A DNA stretch of 64,000 bases from an uncultured Bacteroidales bacterium (GTDB taxonomy: Bacteria > Bacteroidota > Bacteroidia > Bacteroidales > ML635J-15), in contig CALJNE010000008.1 in NCBI GenBank assembly GCA_937982115.1, positions 635 through 64,634 of the forward strand. Direction: 5' to 3'. Below the pieces are notes generated by a model. It did not search any database, was not told the DNA's origin, and saw nothing but the letters and a program-made list of their open reading frames with translations. The position numbers were made by a program, and so were the translations under genes. Positions within the stretch are counted from its first letter, which is position 1, and each line of letters opens with the position of its first letter. This document shows positions 20,554 to 29,087 of this stretch, in pieces.

Positions 20554-21753
20554 TTATTTTTTTAATAAAATTAACATAAAAACAACTCCGCATAACATCA
20601 TTATAAAACCAGCATAGATAATATAAAGCCATGGATCATACACAGCTTTAAAGTTACTTATTGTAGAATCAGCTCCTGCCGAAGAATCATAAGAATATTG
20701 ATAAATCCACCAATTATCTAATTTTAAAGGATTGTTTACCTCAACAGTTCCATGGAGTATGCTAGAAGATTTTTGAGAATATAGCTTTATATCTGACCCG
20801 AAATAAGAAGGTTCGGGATTAAGCATGCGAATAATTTTTCCATCACCAAGTAAAATCGATTTTTCGTTGTAAAGAACTGTTGAATGACAAATCCAATCTG
20901 AAGCAATCAAATTATTGTTTTTATCATATATTTTAATTAATGCAGCGGCTCCTGTTCCGTGAATACCCCGGGCATCAATAAATCCTTTTTCGGTTGGGTA
21001 GCTGTTTTTATAGAACTTTTTTATTTCAATTAATAAATCCTCGATTTTTAAATATTTACCTTTTTGTTGCGAATATTTCAACTTATTGTTTTTATCAATA
21101 AGTACGATTTGAGGGTCATAAAACTCAGCTTTGAATTTCAATAATTCTATAGCGATTGGGAGTTCTTCAATTTGCCCTTTAAAGTCTTTGCTATACCATA
21201 CAATATCACCTTCTCTAACCGATAATATTGCTTCTTTTTTATCAATAGAACCAAAGTATCCTGCTGATAATACAAGCCATAATCCAAAATGATTTAGGAA
21301 AAATGTTAAATTTTTTAAATTAAAAGGAATCAATCTTGAAATTGTAGCATTGCCTAATGCTAATAACAAAAAAATAATTGTTATAAAAAAAAACCACGTA
21401 TTTGAGATGTTAGTAATAAAAGCTGTTTTATTTGATGTGGTAGTTTTTTGTGGGATAATTCCCATTATTATTATAAGTAAAAGAAAAAAACAAATGGTTG
21501 GAATGGCAGCCTCTGCTGAAGCTAACCATTTGAAAAAATACAGCTTTTTTCTGAGTATAAAAATTAATGCTACTACGAGAAACAGAATAATTAAACAAAA
21601 AAGGTTTGTAGGGAAATATGGTTTGGGTATTGAGTTAAACGGAACAATAAGCTCTAAAGCAAAAGAAACCACAAACAATCCCAGACATATTAAAAACCCT
21701 TCGGAATAGCCCCATGGATGCGTCCATAGGGCTTTTTTATCATTGTTTTTCAT
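20554..21753 (-). CDS. ResB/Ccs1-like cytochrome c biogenesis protein
   Basis: N-terminal TM helices, LNHFGLW, VNNPL...W.IYQYSYD, final TM; lies between nrfA and ccsA. Confidence 0.75.
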   Translation of the reverse strand: MKNNDKKALWTHPWGYSEGFLICLGLFVVSFALELIVPFNSIPKPYFPTNLFCLIILFLVVALIFILRKKLYFFKWLASAEAAIPTICFFLLLIIIMGIIPQKTTTSNKTAFITNISNTWFFFITIIFLLLALGNATISRLIPFNLKNLTFFLNHFGLWLVLSAGYFGSIDKKEAILSVREGDIVWYSKDFKGQIEELPIAIELLKFKAEFYDPQIVLIDKNNKLKYSQQKGKYLKIEDLLIEIKKFYKNSYPTEKGFIDARGIHGTGAAALIKIYDKNNNLIASDWICHSTVLYNEKSILLGDGKIIRMLNPEPSYFGSDIKLYSQKSSSILHGTVEVNNPLKLDNWWIYQYSYDSSAGADSTISNFKAVYDPWLYIIYAGFIMMLCGVVFMLILLKK

Positions 21754-21764
21754 TATTGAAATGA

Positions 21765-23276
21765 TTACATTATTCGTTGAGGCATTGGCATTTCTTGTTC
21801 ACGTTTTTTTGCAATTTCGAGCCATTTAGGAAGTGTATTTTTTTTCCATTCCTGCTTTTCGATTCGGAATTTGTTGTAATCTATACCAATGTATTCCTGT
21901 GCTTTAGCTTTTGTGCTTATGTCAGGCATATTAACTGGCTCATTATACCCAAGCGATGCCAAAACGCGACTTAAAATAAGTCTGGCTTCTGAAGCCTTGT
22001 CTATTCCATCCGCTAAAATTCTCATTGATTCAAGAGGAGCATGGAATGAGGCTCCATGACTTGCTGCAACAAAATCCCAGCGCCATTGAGCCTGGCGAAT
22101 AAGTTTTAGTATAGGTTTCATCATTTCTTCAGTAGCTCCCTTTTCCCATGCAAATTTGGCTTCGATATGTAGTTTTACCAAAATTTCTTCTAATGCAATT
22201 TTTTGTTGATGAACTTTATCTTGTCTTTCGTAAACATTACGAATTAAATCATCTTTATTTTGACGATGACATACCATACATGAATTTTCGATATTGTTTA
22301 ATGGGCTTTGAACTTTATGATCGGATATTTTCATGCTTCCTTCTGTTTTATAGGGCATGTGGCAATCGGCACAAGATACTCCACGCTGAAAATGAATAGA
22401 ATACTGGAACAACTCATAATCCGGATGTTGAGCTTTTAACATAGGAGCTTTGCTTAATGGATGTATCCAGTCGTAAAATTCATATTCATCATAATAGCTC
22501 TCAATTTCTTCTACACTCATACCTTTATCCCATGGAAAGACAACGTACTTTTCAGAACCTTTAAAATAGTATTCAACATGGCATTGTGCACAAACCAACG
22601 AACGCATTTCGTTTAACGATTTTTTACTAATGTCTATATTTTTTCTTTGGTAGGCTTCCTTAAGTGGTATTTGAAAAATCCTGAGTGTCATATCTTTGGG
22701 ATTATGGCAATTTGCACAACCAATTGGATTAACCATTTCTGATAAATAATGTGCCCATGTTTTTGAATAGAAATCTTTTGTGTCCATGTTATTCATAATT
22801 CGAGGAACATCAGCACTTTTACATGTCCAACAGCTGGCATATTGAGGTCCTTGAGTTTCGTCAGCTGGTGTTCCAGTTCTGAGAGTATTGTATAAATCTT
22901 CAATTGCATACACATGTCCACGTGCTTGATTGAAATCCCTCGAAAATAGATATCCCGCAAAAAGAATAACAATTCGCGGATCCTCTTCCAAAAGGTCTCT
23001 AAATGCACTACCTCCGTGCTTTGAACGAAATGAGGTATCCGCCATCTGTGAATATGTTTGATATTCTCTTGGAAAAGCTAATGCCCAGGCTTCATTTCTA
23101 GGCTCAAATTCATCTATTGCATATCTGGGAACATTTAGCAAATTAGCCTCTGCTCGTCTTTGAATTATACTTGAGGCTAAAATTCCAAGAAAAAAAACAA
23201 GTATCATCGTTATTCCGAAAATAGCCCATCCGAGCCATGGACGCCTTGTTATTAATTCATTTAAGTTTGTTTTCAT
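21765..23276 (-). CDS. nrfA: Ammonia-forming cytochrome c552 nitrite reductase
   Basis: Active-site CWTCK plus CANCH, CAQCH, CADCH, CMVCH; KAQHPDYE; WRWDF..ASHG. Confidence 0.97.
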   Translation of the reverse strand: MKTNLNELITRRPWLGWAIFGITMILVFFLGILASSIIQRRAEANLLNVPRYAIDEFEPRNEAWALAFPREYQTYSQMADTSFRSKHGGSAFRDLLEEDPRIVILFAGYLFSRDFNQARGHVYAIEDLYNTLRTGTPADETQGPQYASCWTCKSADVPRIMNNMDTKDFYSKTWAHYLSEMVNPIGCANCHNPKDMTLRIFQIPLKEAYQRKNIDISKKSLNEMRSLVCAQCHVEYYFKGSEKYVVFPWDKGMSVEEIESYYDEYEFYDWIHPLSKAPMLKAQHPDYELFQYSIHFQRGVSCADCHMPYKTEGSMKISDHKVQSPLNNIENSCMVCHRQNKDDLIRNVYERQDKVHQQKIALEEILVKLHIEAKFAWEKGATEEMMKPILKLIRQAQWRWDFVAASHGASFHAPLESMRILADGIDKASEARLILSRVLASLGYNEPVNMPDISTKAKAQEYIGIDYNKFRIEKQEWKKNTLPKWLEIAKKREQEMPMPQRIM

Positions 23277-23293
23277 AAGCTTTATTTTTTAAT

Positions 23294-23878
23294 TTATTTA
23301 TAAATTTTTTCTAGCCAATCTGGAATATCTGGTTTTGGGATTGGTATCGTTCCGTAGGGCGATGAAGATAAACTTTTTACTGTTCCGTGTGGAACTTCTC
23401 TATGACAATCCCAACATCTTTTTCCATTTCCTTCAGCGATTTCATCAAGAGAAACATTAGTTCCTACCATAGAGTTTAAACTACCATGACACCGGATACA
23501 ATTTTCCTGTACAACTCTTTGGCCGGCTTGATGCATTCTTATTACTTGAGGATAAGTATTCAATGTGAAAATTGTGGCATGTCTTAGCCCATCATTTGCT
23601 TTGAAATAATATTTTCTAAAAATATTGTCATGTGGAACGTGGCAATCTACACATGTAGCATACTCCCTGTGCGAAGAATGATGCCAGGTTACATATTGGG
23701 TTCTCATTATATGGCAATTTACACAAGTAGAAGGTTCTTCGGATAAATATGACCAACCTCTTGAAATGTAGAAAACAAAAATAACGCTTCCGGTTAATAT
23801 TCCATAAGCTATAATAAAAAGTAATCTCCATTTCTGAGGTGGTGTAATGATTTTAATAATTTTTTTAAGAAGTTTCAT
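23294..23878 (-). CDS. nrfH: Tetraheme cytochrome c quinol dehydrogenase
   Basis: N-terminal TM; CVNCH, CVDCH, CIRCH, CWDCH. Confidence 0.95.
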   Translation of the reverse strand: MKLLKKIIKIITPPQKWRLLFIIAYGILTGSVIFVFYISRGWSYLSEEPSTCVNCHIMRTQYVTWHHSSHREYATCVDCHVPHDNIFRKYYFKANDGLRHATIFTLNTYPQVIRMHQAGQRVVQENCIRCHGSLNSMVGTNVSLDEIAEGNGKRCWDCHREVPHGTVKSLSSSPYGTIPIPKPDIPDWLEKIYK

Positions 23879-23906
23879 AGTAAATTAATATCAATGTTGT
23901 ACAAAG

Positions 23907-24296
23907 TTAAAATTTATATCCAACTGCAGGTGCAAAATGCCAATTATTTTTAATAGAATAAAAAATTATTCCGCAGGTAAATTTTTTATAGCATAGTTGT
24001 AAACCTGTACCCAAGACTGGTGACAATGGTCCTTTGTCTATGTTAATATCATATCTGTAATTATATTTCAGTGAAGGAAACATTCCTGCAATGAGATATG
24101 TTTTCCCGCTCTGAATTTTTAATCCCGGACCACCAAATGTGATGAAAATATTTGATTTTGTATCTTTGGCAAGTAGTATTTGTCCGGAATATTCTATTTT
24201 AATGCTTTTTTCTTCACTTAATGGATTTTTATCTTGTCCAAAATAAGAAGCAAAAATAAAAACAGTTGAAATCATCATTAAAAATTCTTTTTTCAT
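23907..24296 (-). CDS. Small exported beta-rich hypothetical protein heading the nrf operon (possibly outer membrane)
   Basis: Signal peptide, alternating hydrophobic beta strands, ends in ...VGYKF (C-terminal Phe). Confidence 0.6.
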   Translation of the reverse strand: MKKEFLMMISTVFIFASYFGQDKNPLSEEKSIKIEYSGQILLAKDTKSNIFITFGGPGLKIQSGKTYLIAGMFPSLKYNYRYDINIDKGPLSPVLGTGLQLCYKKFTCGIIFYSIKNNWHFAPAVGYKF

Positions 24297-24351
24297 AAGC
24301 CTTTTATGTATTTTAGTAACAAATTATTAATTTTATTTCGTAATAATAGTA

Positions 24352-24359
24352 TATTTTTG
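24352..24359 (+). promoter_or_regulatory. -7 promoter box for the Crp/Fnr gene
   Basis: TATTTTTG. Confidence 0.5.
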
Positions 24360-24370
24360 AACGAAAAATA

Positions 24371-24384
24371 GTAACAATTGTTAC
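24371..24384. promoter_or_regulatory. Perfect palindrome GTAAC-AATT-GTTAC, candidate Crp/Fnr (HcpR-type) operator
   Basis: 14-bp perfect inverted repeat in the divergent promoter region between the nrf operon and the regulator. Confidence 0.6.
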
Positions 24385-24400
24385 ATTTAAAAAAAAGAAT

Positions 24401-25084
24401 ATGGAGAAAAATATTATTGAATTTCTGAAAAAAAATCATTTATTTAATGGATTATCAGAAATCAGAATATCGCAAATATTGTCTAAAATAAATTACAAGA
24501 TTAAATCGTACCGGAAAAATGATTTAGTATTTTTAAATAATGAATATTGTAAAGATTTGGTTATTTTGTTGGATGGAAGTTTACGTTCAGGATTTTATAA
24601 AGACAACGGTTCTTCTGTAATGATAAATAGAGGTGCATATAGCCCCGGCTGTTATCGCTCCGGCATTTTTATTCGGGAAAAAACAATGTTTTCTGGTTTA
24701 TGTAGTCTCAGAATGTAATTCAACTATTTTGCTCATTTCAAAAAATATGTTTTTGGAAGAGGTGTTAAGTGAACGTGAAATTTTATTGAACTATCTTAAT
24801 ATAGTTTGTTCAAAAGCACAGTTCTTAGCAGAAAAAGTTAGATTTTATTCAGTTTATGATTTGAGGCGGAGGATTATTCACTTTTAATAAACAATTATGA
24901 TTTGGAGGAAGGAAAATCCACTATATTATCAATTACATTAAAGGAACTTTCAGAAATTTTAGGTGTTGAACGACCATCCATTTCCAGGATATTAAAACAA
25001 CTTTGTGAAGAAGGTTTAATTGAGTATTGTTCATAAAAAATTAAGATATTGAATTTTACTGAACTCCGTCGTGATTTAGAATAA
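24401..25084 (+). pseudogene. Crp/Fnr-family (HcpR-like) regulator disrupted by two frameshifts and a nonsense codon
   Basis: cNMP-binding N-terminus in the 24401 frame, then IEVHIAPAVIAPAFLFG in another frame after about 24626, then back at about 24884 to an HTH (LKELSEILGVERPSISRILKQL), TAA at 25034-25036, then KIKILNFTELRRDLE* ending 25084. Confidence 0.85.
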
Positions 25085-25086
25085 TT

Positions 25087-26352
25087 CTATCTCTTTTTCA
25101 ATCTTATCGCTTCCCAAAATTTTTTTGAGCTTTGCTCTTTTTGATTGTTCCCGTATTCGTAGAATTTCAGCTTTTTAATTTTTTCGGGTAGGTATTGCTG
25201 TTCGGTAAAATTATTTTCGAAATTGTGCGGATATTTGTAATCTGCACCATAACCGATATTTTTCATCAATTTTGTGGGGGCATTTCGCAAGTGCAAAGGT
25301 ACAGGCAAATTACCGCTTTCTTTTACCGCAGCTAAGGCTTTATCAATAGCTAAATATGCTGAATTGCTTTTAGGACTGGTTGCAAGATATATTGTAGTTT
25401 CTGAAAGTATAATCCTTGCTTCCGGCATACCAATTTTGCTAACCGCATCGAAACAGGCATTTGCGAGTAATAATGCATTTGGATTTGCCAATCCGATATC
25501 TTCGGCTGCTAAAATTATCAATCTTCGGGCTATGAATTTAATATCTTCGCCAGCATCAAGCATCCTTGCCAGCCAATAGAGTGCTGCATCGGGGTCTGAT
25601 CCTCTGACGGATTTTATAAAGGCCGAAATAATATCGTAATGATATTCTCCTGTTTTATCGTAAACATTTATTTTTTCTTGAAGTTTTTCTGCTACAGTCT
25701 TATTGTCAATGATTATTTCATCTCCGGTTTCGGAAGTGCAAATAATTTCGAGTATGTTGTACAGTTTTCTGGCATCACCGCCGGAAAATCGGTAGACTGC
25801 GTCTTTTTCAAGAACCTTTATGTTTTTTTTTGATAATTCTGTATCGGTTTTTATGGCTTTTTCGATTAATACATCCAGATCTTTTTCTTCGAGATGTTTT
25901 AAGATATAAACATGACATCGAGAGAGCAGGGGAGGAATGACTTCAAAAGATGGATTTTCGGTTGTTGCTCCAATTAAAATAACCGTTCCTTCTTCAACAG
26001 CTGCCAATAAGGAGTCCTGTTGAGATTTGCTGAAACGGTGAATCTCATCAATAAATAGTATTGGAGCTTTTGTATTAAACAGAGCATTCTTACGTGATTG
26101 TTCGATTACTTCACGCAAGTCTTTTACTCCACTGTTTATGGCACTAAGAGCGTAAAATCCGCGATTACTTACTGTTGAAATTATTTTTACAAGAGTTGTT
26201 TTTCCTACGCCCGGTGGTCCCCATAAAATCATGGAATGCAAATTTCCGCTTTCAATCATTTTACGAAAAGGGCTATCGGGGGAACTGAGATGTTCCTGAC
26301 CAACATATTCATCAAAATTTTTTGGTCTTAGACGTTCAGCAAGTGGTTTCAC
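25087..26352 (-). CDS. rarA: Replication-associated recombination protein A (MgsA)
   Basis: PLAERLRP, WGPPGVGKT, DEIHRF, GATTENP, ISAFIKSVRGSDPDA, VPLHLRNAPT. Confidence 0.97.
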   Translation of the reverse strand: MKPLAERLRPKNFDEYVGQEHLSSPDSPFRKMIESGNLHSMILWGPPGVGKTTLVKIISTVSNRGFYALSAINSGVKDLREVIEQSRKNALFNTKAPILFIDEIHRFSKSQQDSLLAAVEEGTVILIGATTENPSFEVIPPLLSRCHVYILKHLEEKDLDVLIEKAIKTDTELSKKNIKVLEKDAVYRFSGGDARKLYNILEIICTSETGDEIIIDNKTVAEKLQEKINVYDKTGEYHYDIISAFIKSVRGSDPDAALYWLARMLDAGEDIKFIARRLIILAAEDIGLANPNALLLANACFDAVSKIGMPEARIILSETTIYLATSPKSNSAYLAIDKALAAVKESGNLPVPLHLRNAPTKLMKNIGYGADYKYPHNFENNFTEQQYLPEKIKKLKFYEYGNNQKEQSSKKFWEAIRLKKR

Positions 26353-26407
26353 CAGTAAAAACTATTTTTTATGGGGTAAAAATAAGTAAAAATTACAATA
26401 GTTGTGT

Positions 26408-28441
26408 TTATTCTACAATTTTAAAGCAATATTCAAAGGTTGATATTTTTTCTGATGAAGCTTTGGAAGTTGTTGATGCTCCACGAGTTGTTCCTAAACC
26501 TCCGCCTAATACAGTTTCAAAAATATTTGAGCTGTCGCCACGTGATGCAGTGCCTCTGTTTGTGATTTGCTGAGTTAAATTCATAGGTTTATCTGAGCTT
26601 ATAACTTTAAAAATTTCGTTTCCATAAGGAGGACCAAACATTATCAGTGTATTTTTTAGAATTGCCGATTCTCCTGGAGCAAGTGAATACTCACGACCAT
26701 CAGTATCTTCTAACGTTGGAATAATGGGATTAATAAAACCGTCGGGTTGAATGTCAATAATGTTGAAAAATGCTTTTTTACTACCCTGGTTGGTTACTCT
26801 AATAACAGCATAATTGTCTGTGGAAAATGCCGGAGTTCCGTTTTTATCAAATATTGACATTGGTTCTAGATACTCTAGAATTTTAAAATCTCCGTCTTCA
26901 TCAACAATCGCTTTGACAGGGATAAGTTCCATTGTAATATAATACCTGTCGTCGTAGTAATCCATGTCCTTAATAAGTTTTCCCTGAGAGTAATTTTGAA
27001 TCGAGGACAGTACATTTTTTATCAGATTTTCATCGCTTTGTTCCGAAATGCTTTCAATTTCCTTGTTATATATTGCGTTAACTATTCTGAAATTTTTTGC
27101 TCCTCTTGTTTTAGAAAAGTTTAGAGTTAATTCGGGATTTTCGTTGGAAATTTTTGCGAAAAATGAGGAGTTTATTTGCTTTTCAAGTATAGTTTTTATT
27201 TCGGGGTCGGTTTTTGAATCAATCGAAACATAAATGATTTTTTGAGGTGGGGTTTTTGAAATTGGATAAGCCCATGTTTCAGCAGTTGATTTGAATTTAT
27301 ATTTTTTATCGAGAAGTACTGTTGAATAAAGATTTGTACTACTTATAACTTTACCTGTCGTTATGGTGTTATTATCGTCGGGTAAGGTAGCTCCCGGTAT
27401 TGTAAAAGCAATTTTACTTCCGGGGTTAATGCCTCCGATTTGTCCGACATTTATTTCTACAATCGAATCATTTTTTATTGATTTCAAATTGAAATAAGCC
27501 GGTGGATTATTAAAATTTCCATTGAACAAAACATAATCAATATCTCCTTCGATTGCAGGATTTTGATTAGGAGCTTTTGAACTCATTTCAGCAAGAATTT
27601 TTGCATAAATCTGCCTGTATGTTTCTTCTCCTTTGATGTTGGAAAATGCTTTGTAAATGCAATATGACAAAGAACCTACCGGATTATTTTCTTCATCAAA
27701 AGTTTCGTAATTAAGTTCATTGGCAGAAGCTCCTGAAATAACAACGAATTTTGCAAGATTGTCGTTTTTTATACCTCTGGCTTGTGTTTTACTGTTATCG
27801 TTTTGGTAAATTCCAAAACCTGTTTTGTTGTCCGAAACATTTTTAGGCGGAGTCCATCCTTGGGGGACAAGTGGAGGTGCGCCGCCGCGTACCTTTGCAG
27901 AACCTCTTGTTCCTGTTCCGGAATGGCAACAGTCAAGAAAAACCAAGACATGTCCTTGAGAACCGAGTTTAGTTCGAAATTTCATTAACCATTCACCGAG
28001 TTCATCGTCTCTGAAATGTTTGCTGCCATCATACCCGGGAATCATTTTATTGGGAGCATCATAGCAAACAAGAGCTTCATCGAGCCCGTCTATTTCGTCT
28101 CCATTATCATCAAAAATCTGTTGTCCGTGTCCGCTGTAATGAATTACAATTTGATCTCCTTCGCCAATTTTAGAATACAGTTGATTAAAAGCATTGATAA
28201 TACCTTGTTTTGTGGCTTGTTCATCAATAATGTAGATGATATTTTCGTTTGAAAAACCTATAGAAATCAATGATTTTTCAATTAATTTAACATCATTATG
28301 TGTATTTATCGGATACCATCCTGTTTTTTCCTGATCATAATTTCCTATTGCAATTATAATAACATATTTATCTCCATCGCTTTTTGCGAAGCAATGAATA
28401 AATATAGAAAATAAAGTCATGAAAATAAAACTTTTTTTCAT
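26408..28441 (-). CDS. Exported caspase-family (C14, metacaspase/orthocaspase-like) peptidase with a C-terminal DUF4384-like domain
   Basis: Signal peptide; HYSGHG (His105); DEIDGLDEAL; RDDEL; LDCCHSG (Cys172); C-terminal FNIIDIQPDG...PPYGNEIFKVI. Confidence 0.85.
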   Translation of the reverse strand: MKKSFIFMTLFSIFIHCFAKSDGDKYVIIIAIGNYDQEKTGWYPINTHNDVKLIEKSLISIGFSNENIIYIIDEQATKQGIINAFNQLYSKIGEGDQIVIHYSGHGQQIFDDNGDEIDGLDEALVCYDAPNKMIPGYDGSKHFRDDELGEWLMKFRTKLGSQGHVLVFLDCCHSGTGTRGSAKVRGGAPPLVPQGWTPPKNVSDNKTGFGIYQNDNSKTQARGIKNDNLAKFVVISGASANELNYETFDEENNPVGSLSYCIYKAFSNIKGEETYRQIYAKILAEMSSKAPNQNPAIEGDIDYVLFNGNFNNPPAYFNLKSIKNDSIVEINVGQIGGINPGSKIAFTIPGATLPDDNNTITTGKVISSTNLYSTVLLDKKYKFKSTAETWAYPISKTPPQKIIYVSIDSKTDPEIKTILEKQINSSFFAKISNENPELTLNFSKTRGAKNFRIVNAIYNKEIESISEQSDENLIKNVLSSIQNYSQGKLIKDMDYYDDRYYITMELIPVKAIVDEDGDFKILEYLEPMSIFDKNGTPAFSTDNYAVIRVTNQGSKKAFFNIIDIQPDGFINPIIPTLEDTDGREYSLAPGESAILKNTLIMFGPPYGNEIFKVISSDKPMNLTQQITNRGTASRGDSSNIFETVLGGGLGTTRGASTTSKASSEKISTFEYCFKIVE

Positions 28442-28458
28442 AAATTTTATTTAAAGAA

Positions 28459-28487
28459 GCGAACAGAACCACGATGATTCTGTTTGC
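28459..28487 (-). terminator. Intergenic hairpin/leaky terminator between the small protein and the caspase gene
   Basis: Minus strand reads GCAAACAGAATC-ATCGT-GGTTCTGTTCGC followed by TTCTTTAA. Confidence 0.6.
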
Positions 28488-28496
28488 CATGTTGAA

Positions 28497-28925
28497 CTAA
28501 AAATCCTGACCGTCAGATTTTTTTATTTCTTGTTCTTCGCTTTCTTCCATTTTTAACAGAAACTGTTCATTGCATTCTCCTTCGCTAAACCATTGATAGG
28601 TGTCGCCGATTGTGCGGCAATAAACTTCTTCGAAATTTTTTGGCAAAACTACTGATGAAGTTTCCCACGGATTTAATCTTCCTCTGTAAACTTTGTCAAT
28701 CCATACATCAATGTAAAAGCCTGTCCAGTTGTCTAATTTTACCACACATCCTCCTCTTGATAAAGCCGGTTTTTCAACAAAAACATCGGTTGTTGGGATT
28801 ACATACTCAGAAACACCTCTCGATTGAGTAACTTTTTTAGCCGTTAAAACAGTTTGTGCATTTAAACTGTTAAAAATGAAAATAAATAGCACAATAATAG
28901 CAGATAAAACAAATTTAGTTTTCAT
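28497..28925 (-). CDS. Small secreted hypothetical protein with RG motifs and a beta-sandwich-like core
   Basis: Signal peptide ending LNA-Q; QSRG and LSRG in the N-terminal linker; core CVVKLDNWTGFYIDVWIDKVYRGRL. Confidence 0.7.
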   Translation of the reverse strand: MKTKFVLSAIIVLFIFIFNSLNAQTVLTAKKVTQSRGVSEYVIPTTDVFVEKPALSRGGCVVKLDNWTGFYIDVWIDKVYRGRLNPWETSSVVLPKNFEEVYCRTIGDTYQWFSEGECNEQFLLKMEESEEQEIKKSDGQDF

Positions 28926-28950
28926 AATACAATTATTAAATTAAACAATG

Positions 28951-28958
28951 CAAAATTA
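28951..28958 (-). promoter_or_regulatory. -7 promoter box for the small protein-caspase pair
   Basis: Minus strand reads TAATTTTG, 25 nt upstream of the ATG. Confidence 0.55.
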
Positions 28959-29087
28959 ATTCGAAAACAAAAATATAACAAAAAACAAGCCAAAAATAAT
29001 AAACTTCAAAAAATATTGAAAATTATCGAGAATTAAATCTTAAAAATAATGGTAAAGAAAAATTATGTATAAATATAAATAACTTGC

